Notes: generated by a model from the letters alone, not told the origin. A stretch of 64,000 nt of DNA from Eledone cirrhosa (GCA_964016885.1 OZ024764.1:7998001-8062000), one strand, 5' to 3'. Numbered from the stretch's first letter, positions 38,987-52,999 are shown. A program made the numbers and translations.

Positions 38987-39019
38987 GTAAGAAAGACCCC
39001 TGTTTTTATATGTTGTTAT

Positions 39020-39203
39020 ATCGGCAGTATTGGTAGAGCGTCAGACACCATGCTTTGCAGCATAGAGTTATGGCCTTTTACGTTCTGAGTTCAAATCCCA
39101 CCGAAGTTACCTACGCCTTTCATCCTTACGGGGTCGATAAAATAAAGTACCAGTAATGTACTGGGGTAATTGCTGGCCTTGTGCCAAAAGTAGAAACAGT
39201 TAT
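39020..39203 (+). mobile_element. SINE family A copy (intron 1)
   Basis: Shared head and body sequence. Confidence 0.8.
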
Positions 39204-42200
39204 TTACAGCTCACACCTATGTAGGTTTAGCTTGCTCCCCTACAAGGTTGTACCCTCATATAGGGACCCCAGTCTTGTTACAGCTCACACCTGTGCAGGT
39301 TTAGCTTGCTCCCCTACAAGGTTGTATCTCATATAGGGACCCCAGTCTTGTTACAGCTCACATCTGTGTAGGTTTAGCTTGCTCCCCTACAAGGTTGTAC
39401 CCTCATATAGGGACCCCAGTCTTGTTACAGCTCACACCTGTGTAGGTTGGGCTTGCTCCCCTACAAGGTTGTATCATATAGGGACCCCAGTCTTGTTACA
39501 GCTCACACCTGTGTAGGTTTAGCTTGCTCCCCTACAAGGTTGTATCATATAGGGACCCCAGTCTTGTTACAGCTCACACCTATGTAGGTTTAGCTTGCTC
39601 CCCTACAAGGTTGTACCCTCATATAGGGACCCCAGTCTTGTTACAGCTCACACCTATGTAGGTTTAGCTTGCTCCCCTACAAGGTTGTACCCTCATATAG
39701 GGACCCCAGTCTTGTTACAGCTCACACCTATGTAGGTTTAGCTTGCTCCCCTACAAGGTTGTACCCTCATATAGGGACCCCAGTCTTGTTACAGCTCACA
39801 CCTATGTAGGTTTAGCTTGCTCCCCTACAAGGTTGTACCCTCATATAGGGACCCCAGTCTTGTTACAGCTCACACCTGTGTAGGTTGGGCTTGCTCCCCT
39901 ACAAGGTTGTATCATATAGGGACCCCAGTCTTGTTACAGCTCACACCTGTGTAGGTTTAGCTTGCTCCCCTACAAGGTTGTATCATATAGGGACCCCAGT
40001 CTTGTTACAGCTCACACCTATGTAGGTTGAGCTTGCTCCCCTACAAGGTTGTACCCTCATATAGGGACCCCAGTCTTGTTACAGCTCACACCTATGTAGG
40101 TTTAGCTTGCTCCCCTACAAGGTTGTACCCTCATATAGGGACCCCAGTCTTGTTACAGCTCACACCTGTGTAGGTTGAGCTTGCTCCCCTACAAGGTTGT
40201 ATCTCATATAGGGACCCCAGTCTTGTTACAGCTCACACCTGTCTAGGTTTAGCTTGCTCCCCTACAAGGTTGTATCATATAGGGACCCCAGTCTTGTTAC
40301 AGCTCACACCTGTGTAGGTTTAGCTTGCTCCCCTACAAGGTTGTACCCTCATATAGGGACCCCAGTCTTGTTACAGCTCACACCTATGTAGGTTTAGCTT
40401 GCTCCCCTACAAGGTTGTACCCTCATATAGGGACCCCAGTCTTGTTACAGCTCACACCTGTGTAGGTTTAGCTTGCTCCCCTACAAGGTTGTATCTCATA
40501 TAGGGACCCCAGTCTTGTTACAGCTCACACCTGTGTAGGTTTAGCTTGCTCCCCTACAAGGTTGTACCCTCATATAGGGACCCCAGTCTTGTTACAGCTC
40601 ACACCTGTGTAGGTTTAGCTTGCTCCCCTACAAGGTTGTATCTAATATAGGGACCCCAGTCTTGTTACAGCTCACACCTGTGTAGGTTTAGCTTGCTCCC
40701 CTACAAGGTTGTACCCTCATATAGGGACCCCAATCTTGTTACAGCTCACACCTGTGTAGGTTTAGCTTGCTCCCCTACAAGGTTGTATCTCATATAGGGA
40801 CCCCAGTCTTGTTACAGCTCACACCTGTGTAGGTTTAGCTTGCTCCCCTACAAGGTTGTACCCTCATATAGGGACCCCAGTCTTGTTACAGCTCACACCT
40901 ATGTAGGTTTAGCTTGCTCCCCTACAAGGTTGTACCCTCATATAGGGACCCCAGTCTTGTTACAGCTCACACCTATGTAGGTTTAGCTTGCTCCCCTACA
41001 AGGTTGTACCCTCATATAGGGACCCCAGTCTTGTTACAGCTCACACCTGTGTAGGTTTAGCTTGCTCCCCTACAAGGTTGTATCTCATATAGGGACCCCA
41101 GTCTTCTTACAGCTCACACCTGTGTAGGTTTAGCTTGCTCCCCTACAAGGTTGTACCCTCATATAGGGACCCCAGTCTTGTTACAGCTCACACCTATGTA
41201 GGTTTAGCTTGCTCCCCTACAAGGTTGTACCCTCATATAGGGACCCCAGTCTTGTTACAGCTCACACCTATGTAGGTTTAGCTTGCTCCCCTACAAGGTT
41301 GTACCCTCATATAGGGACCCCAGTCTTGTTACAGCTCACACCTATGTAGGTTTAGCTTGCTCCCCTACAAGGTTGTACCCTCATATAGGGACCCCAGTCT
41401 TGTTACAGCTCACACCTGTGTAGGTTTAGCTTGCTCCCCTACAAGGTTGTACCCTCATATAGGGACCCCAGTCTTGTTACAGCTCACACCTATGTAGGTT
41501 TAGCTTGCTCCCCTACAAGGTTGTACCCTCATATAGGGACCCCAGTCTTGTTACAGCTCACACCTATGTAGGTTTAGCTTGCTCCCCTACAAGGTTGTAC
41601 CCTCATATAGGGACCCCAGTCTTGTTACAGCTCACACCTGTGTAGGTTTAGCTTGCTCCCCTACAAGGTTGTACCCTCATATAGGGACCCCAGTCTTGTT
41701 ACAGCTCACACCTGTGTAGGTTTAGCTTGCTCCCCTACAAGGTTGTATCATATAGGGACCCCAGTCTTGTTACAGCTCACACCTATGTAGGTTTAGCTTG
41801 CTCCCCTACAAGGTTGTATCATATAGGGACCCCAGTCTTGTTACAGCTCACACCTATGTAGGTTTAGCTTGCTCCCCTACAAGGTTGTACCCTCATATAG
41901 GGACCCCAGTCTTGTTACAGCTCACACCTATGTAGGTTTAGCTTGCTCCCCTACAAGGTTGTACCCTCATATAGGGACCCCAGTCTTGTTACAGCTCACA
42001 CCTGTGTAGGTTTAGCTTGCTCCCCTACAAGGTTGTACCCTCATATAGGGACCCCAGTCTTGTTACAGCTCACACCTGTCTAGGTTTAGCTTGCTCCCCT
42101 ACAAGGTTGTACCCTCATATAGGGACCCCAGTCTTGTTACAGCTCACACCTATGTAGGTTTAGCTTGCTCCCCTACAAGGTTGTACCCTCATATAGGGAC

Positions 42201-45200
42201 CCCAGTCTTGTTACAGCTCACACCTGTGTAGGTTTAGCTTGCTCCCCTACAAGGTTGTACCCTCATATAGGGACCCCAGTCTTGTTACAGCTCACACCTG
42301 TCTAGGTTTAGCTTGCTCCCCTACAAGGTTGTACCCTCATATAGGGACCCCAGTCTTGTTACAGCTCACACCTATGTAGGTTTAGCTTGCTCCCCTACAA
42401 GGTTGTACCCTCATATAGGGACCCCAGTCTTGTTACAGCTCACACCTGTGTTGGTTTAGCTTGCTCCCCTACAAGGTTGTACCCTCATATAGGGACCCCA
42501 GTCTTGTTACAGCTCACACCTATGTAGGTTTAGCTTGCTCCCCTACAAGGTTGTACCCTCATATAGGGACCCCAGTCTTGTTACAGCTCACACCTATGTA
42601 GGTTTAGCTTGCTCCCCTACAAGGTTGTACCCTCATATAGGGACCCCAGTCTTGTTACAGCTCACACCTGTGTAGGTTTAGCTTGCTCCCCTACAAGGTT
42701 GTACCCTCATATAGGGACCCCAGTCTTGTTACAGCTCACACCTGTGTAGGTTTAGCTTGCTCCCCTACAAGGTTGTATCTCATATAGGGACCCCAGTCTT
42801 GTTACAGCTCACACCTATGTAGGTTTAGCTTGCTCCCCTACAAGGTTGTACCATATAGGGACCCCAGTCTTGTTACAGCTCACACCTGTGTAGGTTGAGC
42901 TTGCTCCCCTACAAGGTTGTATCATATAGGGACCCCAGTCTTGTTACAGCTCACACCTATGTAGGTTTAGCTTGCTCCCCTACAAGGTTGTACCCTCATA
43001 TAGGGACCCCAGTCTTGTTACAGCTCACACCTATGTAGGTTTAGCTTGCTCCCCTACAAGGTTGTATCATATAGGGCCCCCAGTCTTGTTACAGCTCACA
43101 CCTGTGTAGGTTTAGCTTGCTCCCCTACAAGGTTGTATCATATAGGGACCCCAGTCTTGTTACAGCTCACACCTATGTAGGTTTAGCTTGCTCCCCTACA
43201 CGGTTGTACCCTCATATAGGGACCCCAGTCTTGTTACAGCTCACACCTGTGTAGGTTTAGCTTGCTCCCCTACAAGGTTGTACCCTCATATAGGGACCCC
43301 AGTCTTGTTACAGCTCACACCTGTGTAGGTTTAGCTTGCTCCCCTACAAGGTTGTATCATATAGGGACCCCAGTCTTGTTACAGCTCACACCTATGTAGG
43401 TTGAGCTTGCTCCCCTACAAGGTTGTACCCTCATATAGGGACCCCAGTCTTGTTACAGCTCACACCTATGTAGGTTGAGCTTGCTCCCCTACAAGGTTGT
43501 ATCCTCATATAGGGACCCCAGTCTTGTTACAGCTCACACCTGTGTAGGTTGAGCTTGCTCCCCTACAAGGTTGTACCCTCATATAGGGACCCCAGTCTTG
43601 TTACAGCTCACACCTGTGTAGGTTTAGCTTGCTCCCCTACAAGGTTGTATCATATAGGGACCCCAGTCTTGTTACAGCTCATACCTGTGTAGGTTTAGCT
43701 TGCTCCCCTACAAGGTTGTACCCTCATATAGGGACCCCAGTCTTGTTACAGCTCACACCTGTGTAGGTTGAGCTTGCTCCCCTACAAGGTTGTATCTCAT
43801 ATAGGGACCCCAGTCTTGTTACAGCTCACACCTGTGTAGGTTTAGCTTGCTCCCCTACAAGGTTGTACCCTCATATAGGGACCCCAGTCTTGTTACAGCT
43901 CACACCTATGTAGGTTGAGCTTGCTCCCCTACAAGGTTGTACCCTCATATAGTGACCCCAGTCTTGTTACAGCTCACACCTGTGTAGGTTGAGCTTGCTC
44001 CCCTACAAGGTTGTATCTCATATAGTGACCCCAGTCTTGTTACAGCTCACACCTGTGTAGGTTTAGCTTGCTCCCCTACAAGGTTGTATCCTCATATAGG
44101 GACCCCAGTCTTGTTACAGCTCACACCTATGTAGGTTGAGCTTGCTCCCCTACAAGGTTGTACCCTCATATAGTGACCCCAGTCTTGTTACAGCTCACAC
44201 CTGTGTAGGTTTAGCTTGCTCCCCTACAAGGTTGTACCCTCATATAGTGACCCCAGTCTTGTTACAGCTCACACCTGTGTAGGTTTAGCTTGCTCCCCTA
44301 CAAGGTTGTATCCTCATATAGGGACCCCAGTCTTGTTACAGCTCACACCTATGTAGGTTTAGCTTGCTCCCCTACAAGGTTGTATCATATAGGGACCCCA
44401 GTCTTGTTACAGCCCACACCTGTGTAGGTTTAGCTTGCTCCCCTACAAGGTTGTACCCTCATATAGGGACCCCAGTCTTGTTACAGCTCACACCTGTGTA
44501 GGTTTAGCTTGCTCCCCTACAAGGTTGTATCTCATATAGGGACCCCAGTCTTGTTACAGCTCACACCTATGTAGGTTTAGCTTGCTCCCCTACAAGGTTG
44601 TACCTCATATAGGGACCCCAGTCTTGTTACAGCTCACACCTGTGTAGGTTGGGCTTGCTCCCCTACAAGGTTGTACCCTCATATAGGGACCCCAGTCTTG
44701 TTACAGCTCACACCTGTGTAGGTTTAGCTTGCTCCCCTACAAGGTTGTATCTCATATAGGGACCCCAGTCTTGTTACAGCTCACACCTATGTAGGTTTAG
44801 CTTGCTCCCCTACAAGGTTGTACCCTCATATAGGGACCCCAGTCTTGTTACAGCCCACACCTGTGTAGGTTTAGCTTTCTCCCCTACAAGGTTGTACCCT
44901 CATATAGGGACCCCAGTCTTGTTACAGCTCACACCTATGTAGGTTTAGCTTGCTCCCCTACAAGGTTGTACCCTCATATAGGGACCCCAGTCTTGTTACA
45001 GCCCACACCTGTGTAGGTTTAGCTTTCTCCCCTACAAGGTTGTATCTCATATAGGGACCCCAGTCTTGTTACAGCCCACACCTGTCTAGGTTTAGCTTGC
45101 TCCCCTACAAGGTTGTATCTCATATAGGGACCCCAGTCTTGTTACAGCTCACACCTGTGTAGGTTGAGCTTGCTCCCCTACAAGGTTGTACCCTCATATA

Positions 45201-45465
45201 GGGACCCCAGTCTTGTTACAGCTCACACCTGTCTAGGTTTAGCTTGCTCCCCTACAAGGTTGTATCTAATATAGGGACCCCAGTCTTGTTGTTACAGCTC
45301 ACACCTGTGTAGGTTTAGCTTGCTCCCCTACAAGGTTGTACCCTCATATAGGGACCCCAGTCTTGTTACAGCTCACACCTGTGTAGGTTTAGCTTGCTCC
45401 CCTACAAGGTTGTATCTCATATAGGGACCCCAGTCTTGTTACAGCTCACACCTATGTAGGTTTAA
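39204..45465. repeat. 71-74-bp tandem repeat, ~85 copies, intronic
   Basis: Unit gttacagctcacacctrtgtaggtttagcttgctcccctacaaggttgtaccctcatatagggaccccagtctt. Confidence 0.95.
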
Positions 45466-45644
45466 CTGGCCTTGTACAGTGTTATATCTCAGAAAGTTTC
45501 TTGGGTACTTTAATGATAGGGGTCTCCACAGGCTAAAGCTGAGGCATATATATACAGTATGCATCACCCCATCCCACCCTCCAGGCATCTCTCATGAGGA
45601 CAGGTTGAAACATTGTAAAATAGTTGTGTAGAAGTGAAGATAAA

Positions 45645-46600
45645 AAACACCCAGTCCACACTGTAAAGTGGTCGTGTAGGTGTCACAACAAACAACACCC
45701 AGTCCACACTGTAAAGTGGTCATGTAGGTGTCACAACAAACAACACCCAGCCCACACTGTAAAGTGGTCGTGTAGGTGTCACAACAAACAACACCCAGTC
45801 CACACTGTAAAGTAGTCGTGTAGGTGTCACAACAAACAACACCCAGTCCACACTGTAAAGTAGTCGTGTAGGTGTCACAACAAACAACACCCAGTCCACA
45901 CTGTAAAGTGGTCATGTAGGTGTCACAACAAACAACACCCAGTCCACACTGTAAAGTGGTCATGTAGGTGTCACAACAAACAACACCCAGTCCACACTGT
46001 AAAGTGGTCATGTAGGTGTCACAACAAACAACACCCAGTCCACACTGTAAAGTAGTCGTGTAGGTGTCACAACAAACAACACCCAGTTCACACTGTAAAG
46101 TAGTCGTGTAGGTGTCACAACAAACAACACCCAGTTCACACTGTAAAGTAGTCGTGTAGGTGTCACAACAAACAACGCCCAGTCCACACTGTAAAGTGGT
46201 CGTGTAGGTGTCGCAACAAACAACACCCAGTCCACACTGTAAAGTAGTCGTGTAGGTGTCACAACAAACAACACCCAGTCCACACTGTAAAGTAGTCATG
46301 TAGGTGTCACAACAAACAACACCCAGTCCACACTGTAAAGTGGTCGTGTAGGTGTCACAACAAAAAGCACCCAGTCCACACTGTAAAGTGGTCATGTAGG
46401 TGTCACAACAAAAAGCACCCAGTCCACACTGTAAAGTAGTCGTGTAGGTGTCACAACAAAAAGCACCCAGTCCACACTGTAAAGTGGTCATGTAGGTGTC
46501 AACAAAAAGTACCCAGTCCACTCTGTAAAGTGGTCATGTAGGTATCACGACTAAAACCACCCAGTACACACTGTAAAGTGCTTATGTAGGTGTCACAACA
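45645..46600. repeat. 48-bp tandem repeat, ~20 copies
   Basis: Unit acacccagtccacactgtaaagtggtcgtgtaggtgtcacaacaaaca. Confidence 0.95.
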
Positions 46601-46604
46601 AGGG

Positions 46605-46926
46605 TGGGATGGGTCCTTTTCAGCACAGCATCTCTCCATTCGTCATGGTCCTTGGTCATCTCCTCTGTGAGCTTCAGCAATCTGAGGTCAGCTCTCACCA
46701 CCTCTGCTCATTATTTTCGTGGTCTTCCTCCACTGCGTCTTCCCTCCACTGGGATTTCTTGGCACTTCTTTACCCAGCGGTCCTCCTCCATGCACCTCAC
46801 ATGGCACATCATATGTCCATACCAACGCAGTCTTCTCTCTCGCACACTAAAGCTTATCCCTCTTATACACAGTTTCTCTCTCAACTCATCTATGCTTGGT
46901 TGTTCACACACATTGACATTACACAT
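46605..46926 (-). mobile_element. RTE LINE 3' fragment
   Basis: VRERRLRWYGH..RCMEEDRWVKKC...VEG.R..GRPRK. Confidence 0.8.
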
Positions 46927-46971
46927 CTATATATGTATACCTGACAATTTTGGATTTTGTTTGGCCAACAG

Positions 46972-47290
46972 ATTAAGCTCATACATCCATCTCAGCTGGT
47001 GATCTACGCCACCATCACATGCCACAAGAAGTGTATCAGCTACCTGCTCTTCCACCCCAGGGAAGCTACGTGGCTGTTCAGCGCTTCAGAAGATCGTCGG
47101 ATCATACTGTGGGACATTGGTGTCCCCAATTTCCCGGACTACTCCACCAAACACTCCCAACTGATTGTCCTGGAAAGCCCTTCAAATGTTGTGAACTTGG
47201 TATATAGCGGAGCCATGGGCTGGCTTTTGTCTGGTACTGAGGACGGCTGCTATGGATGGCAGTTTAAAGATTCTGGGGCCAGGCTTTGTG
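46972..47290 (+). CDS. LRWD1: LRWD1-like coding exon 2
   Basis: Acceptor aacAG|ATT; IKLIH..HKKCI..L.FHP..TWLFSASEDRRIILWDIGVPN matches LRWD1; donor G|GTAAGT, phase 1. Confidence 0.9.
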
Positions 47291-47329
47291 GTAAGTTCTG
47301 CTTTTACACTGGTTTATGGGTTACAGCCA

Positions 47330-47822
47330 TTAGACTGTGGCCATACTGGAGCATTAGCTCTCTTTTTAGACTGGGGCATTGGTTTCTCTCCTTTGACTGT
47401 GGCCATACTGGGACATTGGTTTCTTTCCTTTGACTGTGGCCATACTGGGGCATTGGTTTCTCTCCTTTGTGGCCAAACTGGGGCATTGGTTTCTCTCTTT
47501 TGACTGTGGCCATATTGGGGCATTGGTTTCTCTCCTTTGTGGCCATACTGGAGCATTGGTATCTCTCCTTTGACTGTGGCCATACTGGGGCATTGGTTTC
47601 GCTCCTTTGACTGTGGCCATACTGGGGCATTGGTTCCTCTCCTTTGACTGTGGCCATACTGGGGCATTGGTTTCTCTCCTTTGACTGGTCATACTGGGGC
47701 TTTGGTTTCTCTCAGACTGTGGCCATACTGGGGCATTGGTTTGTTTTATTAGACTGGCCATTCTGGGGCATGGCTTGCTTTTACTGGTTTCACTCATTGG
47801 AATGTGGCCATACTGGGGCACT
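47330..47822. repeat. ~34-38-bp tandem repeat, ~12 copies (intron 2)
   Basis: gactgtggccatactggggcattggtttctctccttt. Confidence 0.9.
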
Positions 47823-47929
47823 ACTTTTACTGGTATCAATATGTGTATATTAGTCACCTCTTACAATACACAGGGACATAGGTAGAGACAGAGAGAGATG
47901 TGGAGATAGATTGCACCCCAACATCTGTC

Positions 47930-48626
47930 TACACCACCCAGTCCACTCTGTAAAGTTATGTAGGTGTTACAACAAAAACCACCCAGACCACATTGTAAAG
48001 TGGTCATGTAGGTGTCACAAAAAAAAGTACCCAGTACGCACTGTAAAGTGGTCGTGTAGGTGTCCCAACAAACAACACCCAGTCCACACTGTAAAGTGGT
48101 CATGTTGGTATCACAACAAACAACACCCAGTCCACACTGTAAAGTGGTCATGTAGGTGTCACAACAAAAAGCACCCTGCCCACACTATAAAGTGGTTGTA
48201 TAGGTGTCAACAAAAAGCACCCAGTACACACTAAAGTGGTCGTGTAGGTGTCATGACAAAAAACACCCCTCCACACTGTAAAGTGGTCATGTAGGTATCA
48301 TGACAAAAAGCACCCAATCCACACTGTAAAGTGGTCATGTCGGTATCATGACAAAAAGTACCCAGTCCACACTGTAAAGTTGTCATGTAGGTATCACAAC
48401 AAAAAGTACCCAGTACACACTGTAAAGTGGTCGTGTAGGTGACATGACAAAGAGCACCCAAACCACGCTAAATGTAGTTGGCATTAGGAAGGGCATCCAG
48501 CCATAGGAACCAAACTTGAAACAGTTCTATATGAGCAAGACATAGTCACCTGACCCAACTTTCCTCTAATGGGACAACCTGTCTAACCCATGCTAGGGTG
48601 GAAAATGGACGTTAAATGATGATGAT
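47930..48626 (-). mobile_element. dispersed element C with (CAT)n end and internal 48-bp minisatellite
   Basis: 48-bp units followed by gttggcattaggaagggcatccagcc..aacccatgctag..ggacgttaaatgatgatg; related copies at 13610, 51185, 57660 and 63385. Confidence 0.75.
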
Positions 48627-48797
48627 AGTCAGATAGATAGATAGATATATTTATTTATATATCTTTACAGTCAGATAGATCGATAGAAAGAAAAACAGAC
48701 AGGCATGTCTATAGATAGATTTATATTAGTTTCGGCCATTCCATTTTAATGACATCATAAAATTAATTTGAATTTTTTTTTTTATTCACTTTTCCAG

Positions 48798-49477
48798 GTA
48801 AATCTAGGCTACCTTCATCCCAATTCTGCTTGCCCAGGTTATCAGGTACGGGTGATGAATGTGTGGACAGCGTAGTGTTGTTGGACGATCACACTGTGGC
48901 CTGCAAATGTGTCGAAGAAAGCTATATATATATTTGGGATCTTGCAGATCACATTAGTAATAACTCACAGAGCTGCGATTCAAAGACTCGCAGGATTGTC
49001 GTACGGCCATTTGCAAACCTCAGATATTTGGCCATAGACGAGCCTTACGTTTTTATGTCCAGCGCGAAGGACCGGCTGGTCGTTGGAGACGCCGACGGGC
49101 GGATTTTCATCTATAACTTGAAAGATATTCTTCGGAAATCGTCGTCAAAGTCGAAATCGGGTCGCGCCAAGGGAGATAACTCTGGTTCGAATAGGGGAGA
49201 TAATCCAGTGCTTCACTTGCCGTCGCGTGTGCTCGTCTGGCCTGATGTTGAATACGATGGCGGTGGGTGTAAAGAGAAGGATGGTGGTGTTGTTGGTAAG
49301 GATAAGGAGGAGGAGGATGGTGGTGGGGGTGGTAGTGATGATGATGATGAGGAGGAGGAGGAGGAAGATGATGACAGACCTATCATCAACAGCGTCGTCA
49401 TTGACGACAGCGGGGAGGTGTTGGCGGCGACAGCCGACTGTAACCTCGTATGTATCTGGAAATGTCAAACAGATTGA
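48798..49477 (+). CDS. LRWD1: LRWD1-like coding exon 3 (terminal)
   Basis: Polypyrimidine acceptor ttttccAG|GT restores the frame; CVDSVVLLDDHTVACK, VVGDADGRIFIYNL, PSRVLVWP, IINSVV..LAATADCNLVCIW*. Joined CDS 2358 nt = 785 aa; AATAAA at ~49513 and ~49577. Confidence 0.9.
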
Positions 49478-49654
49478 AGTGGAGAGTGAATGTAGGAAAG
49501 CAGGGCTCTCGAAATAAACCCCAGGGATACCAATAGAGCCGTCCAGTCCTGTGGAAGGGGACACAGCAGCCCCCAAAATAAAATGTGATGGTGCTGGTGT
49601 GATTTACCACAAATTATAATGCTAAAACTGCAATATAGCTGATAGACAGCCATT

Positions 49655-49828
49655 GGCACTACCGGTAGAGCGTCGGACAACATTCTTTGTAGCATAGAGT
49701 TACAGCCCTTTACGTTCCGAGTTCAAATCCCGCCGAGGTTAACTTTGCCTTTCATCCATACAGGGTCAATAAAATAAAGTACCAGTAATGCACTGGGGTA
49801 ATTACTGGCCTTGTGCCAAAAGTAAAAA
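49655..49828 (+). mobile_element. SINE family A copy
   Basis: Shared sequence. Confidence 0.8.
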
Positions 49829-50534
49829 CTCATCCATGTTTCAGTATTTAAATATATATACATACATATATATATATCCATTATACATGGTGGCTGCCAA
49901 CTCGTTTTCGAGTACGGCCACTACTTTATATCCATGTAGGAGAACCCCTACCGATGCGCTGAACGAGTGTGACTTTTTAGTTCAGCCAGCCACTTGAAAA
50001 CTCTGGTACAAACACTACACTTGTGACAATTACTGACACATAGTGCTGGGCCCATGGTACCATGTGACGACAAGTGCAGAGAGATCTCCAGATATAAAGC
50101 GATGCCTGTGCCGTGAAGCTTTTATAGTGAGCAAAGGCACTGCACAAAGCCAGTCCCTCTCTCTTAACCAAGATGATATTTACCAAAAAGAAGAACAAGT
50201 CAACATCATTGGATACCATCAGGGTTGCAGGTGTTATATCAGAGTTTTCCTTCTAGAATTCTGCCTTGACAAAGGCTAAGGGGTCATCTCTCCCGGTGAT
50301 TTTGGATGGCCATTGACCCTTAAGAGCTCCTTTGCCCTTTGACAGGTTTTGTTTTTAGTCCTGCAGGATGTCCAAAGTCACCCTCCTCACCAAGAAACCT
50401 TGGTGGGGTTGCCAGTTTAGTCGCCAACGACCTGACCATGAGACAGGTTGTACTGGGATACATGTTACCAGTAGCACCAACTGGTGACCTGACATAGAAA
50501 TATTAATAAATATATACATACATACATTATACAA

Positions 50535-50890
50535 AATAATTGTTTCTACGTTAGTCACAAGGCCAGCAATTACCCAGTGCATTACTGGTACTTTATTTTA
50601 TCGACCCTGTAAGGATGAAAGGCAAAGTTAACGTTGGCGGGATTTGAACTCATACATTATACAAAATAATGGTTTCTTATATAGGCACAAGGCCAGCAAT
50701 TTTGGGGGAGGAGAAAGTCGATTAAATCGACCCCAGTGCGTGACTGGGTACTTTATTTTATCGACCCCGTAAGGATGAAAGGCAAAGTTAACCTCGATGG
50801 GATTTGAACTCGGACCGTAAAGGGCCGTAACTCTATGCCGCAAAGCATGGCGTCCGACTGTCTACCGATACTGCTAATTTACCCGCCCTA
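50535..50890 (-). mobile_element. two SINE family A copies
   Basis: Shared sequence, reverse orientation. Confidence 0.8.
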
Positions 50891-51183
50891 ACATTATACA
50901 GAATACTGATTACATACATACGCACACATCTATGTGATGAGTGTGGAAGGAAGGAGGCTGTGACAAATTATAGAAAACAACGGTGTTCGCTACACCTGTG
51001 TTACTCATACACACACACACACATACTCATACACATATGGATCTCCCTGGTATCAGGTCTTGCATCAGGTTGCCTGTGAACTTTCACATGCCACTTCAGT
51101 CCTGCCACATTCATTACATCTTGCAAAACCGTGGAGATCATAGTTAGTTCACTGGTTCTCTCTGAATATGGCAGCCATATATA

Positions 51184-52580
51184 TCATCATCATCATCGTT
51201 TAATGTCCATCTTCCACGCTAGCATGGGTTAGACGGTTTTGTTCCATTCAATGCGGGAAGGGGCGGGAAACCGTGTCTCACTCGCACGGAAGTGTCTCTG
51301 GCAGGTTTTCTACGGCTGGATGCCCTTCCTAACACCAACCACATTTACATTGTGGACTGGGAGCCTTTTTACCGTGTCTCCTACATGACCACTTTACAGT
51401 GTGGACTGGGAGCATTTTTACTGTGTCTCCTACATGACCACTTTACAGTGTGGACTGGGAGCCTTTTTACTGTGTCTCCTACATGACCACTTTATAGTGT
51501 GGACTGGGAGCCTTTTTACTGTGTCTCCTACATGACCACTTTATAGTGTGGACTGGGTGCCTTTTTACTGTGTCTCCTACACTACCACTTTACAGTGTGG
51601 ACTGGGAACCTTTTTACCATGTCTCCTACACGACCACTTTACAGTGTGGACTGGGAGCCTTTTTACTGTGTCTCCTACATGACCACTTTATAGTGTGGAC
51701 TGGGAGCCTTTTTACTGTGTCTCCTACATGACCACTTTATAGTGTGGACTGGGTGCCTTTTTACTGTGTCTCCTACACTACCACTTTACAGTGTGGACTG
51801 GGAACCTTTTTACCATGTCTCCTACACGACCACTTTACAGTGTGGACTGGGAGCCTTTTTACTGTGTCTCCTACATGACCACTTTATAGTGTGGACTGGG
51901 AGCCTTTTTACTGTGTCTCCTACATGACCACTTTATAGTGTGGACTGGGTGCCTTTTTACTGTGTCTCCTACACTACCACTTTACAGTGTGGACTGGGAA
52001 CCTTTTTACCATGTCTCCTACACGACCACTTTACAGTGTGGACTGGGAGCCTTTTTACTGTGTCTCCTACATGACCACTTTAAAGTGTGGACTGGGAGCC
52101 TTTTTACTGTGTCTCCTACATGACCACTTTACAGTGTGGACTGGGAACCTTTTTACCATGTCTCCTACACGACCACTTTACAGTGTGGACTGGGAGCCTT
52201 TTTACTGTGTCTCCTACATGACCACTTTATAGTGTGGACTGGGTGCCTTTTTACTGTGTCTCCTACATGACCACTTTACAGTGTGGACTGGGAGCCTTTT
52301 TACTGTGTCTCTTACATGACCACTTTACAGTGTGGACTGGGAGCCTTTTTACTGTGTCTCCTACATGACCACTTTATAGTGTGGACTGGGAGCCTTTTTA
52401 CTGTGTCTCCTACATGACCACCTTACAGTGTGGACTGGGAACCTTTTTACCATGTCTCCTACACAACCACTTTACAGTGTGGACTGGGAGCCATTTTACT
52501 GTGTCTCCTTCACAACCACTTTACAGTGTGGACTGGGAGCCTTTTTACCGTGTCTCCTATACAACCACTTTACAGTGTCG
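51184..52580 (+). repeat. element C with 49-bp minisatellite (~25 copies) and 196-bp higher-order repeat
   Basis: Reverse-complement relative of the 48-bp unit; identical ORFs recur at 51546, 51742 and 51938. Confidence 0.9.
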
Positions 52581-52669
52581 ACTGTTGTGTCATTGACACA
52601 GTGGAGGATGGAGTAGTGTGTGGGGGCAGGGTGTACATTGAGTTAAGAGGTGCCTACTGACTAGGTTTG

Positions 52670-52830
52670 TATGCAATGGCAGTCGGGTCTTCTGTACAAC
52701 TGCATGGCACCAAAGGTCTCGATCCAGTGTCATTGTCTTAGAGAGGTGTATGTGAGCAAGGTCAGTTTTTATCACATCGTCCCAGGTTTTTCTTGGTCTA
52801 CCCACTACGTAGCTTCCATCAATTTTCATT
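52670..52830 (-). mobile_element. RTE LINE 3' remnant
   Basis: GRPRKTWDDVIKTDL...DRDLW. Confidence 0.7.
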
Positions 52831-52999
52831 GCCCATATATATATATATACAGTATTTTCCGTAGTGTTGTAATATAAATATTACACACATTAGATGGACA
52901 GCTCACGCAGAGTTTGCTCGACGGTTCCAGTTGTAGTTCCAAAAGTAATCCGGAGAAAAATAGAAGGATTTTAATGGATACAGTTTAGTTAAAAGGAAT

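Noticed and set aside
38987-39088. ORF-track extension of LRWD1 exon 1 (and 47291-47433 of exon 2)
   Set aside because: Lies beyond consensus GTAAG donors and reads into SINE or tandem repeat.
45592-46521. Cys-rich 309-aa repeat ORF
   Set aside because: A 48-bp (multiple of 3) minisatellite of a dispersed element inside an intron.
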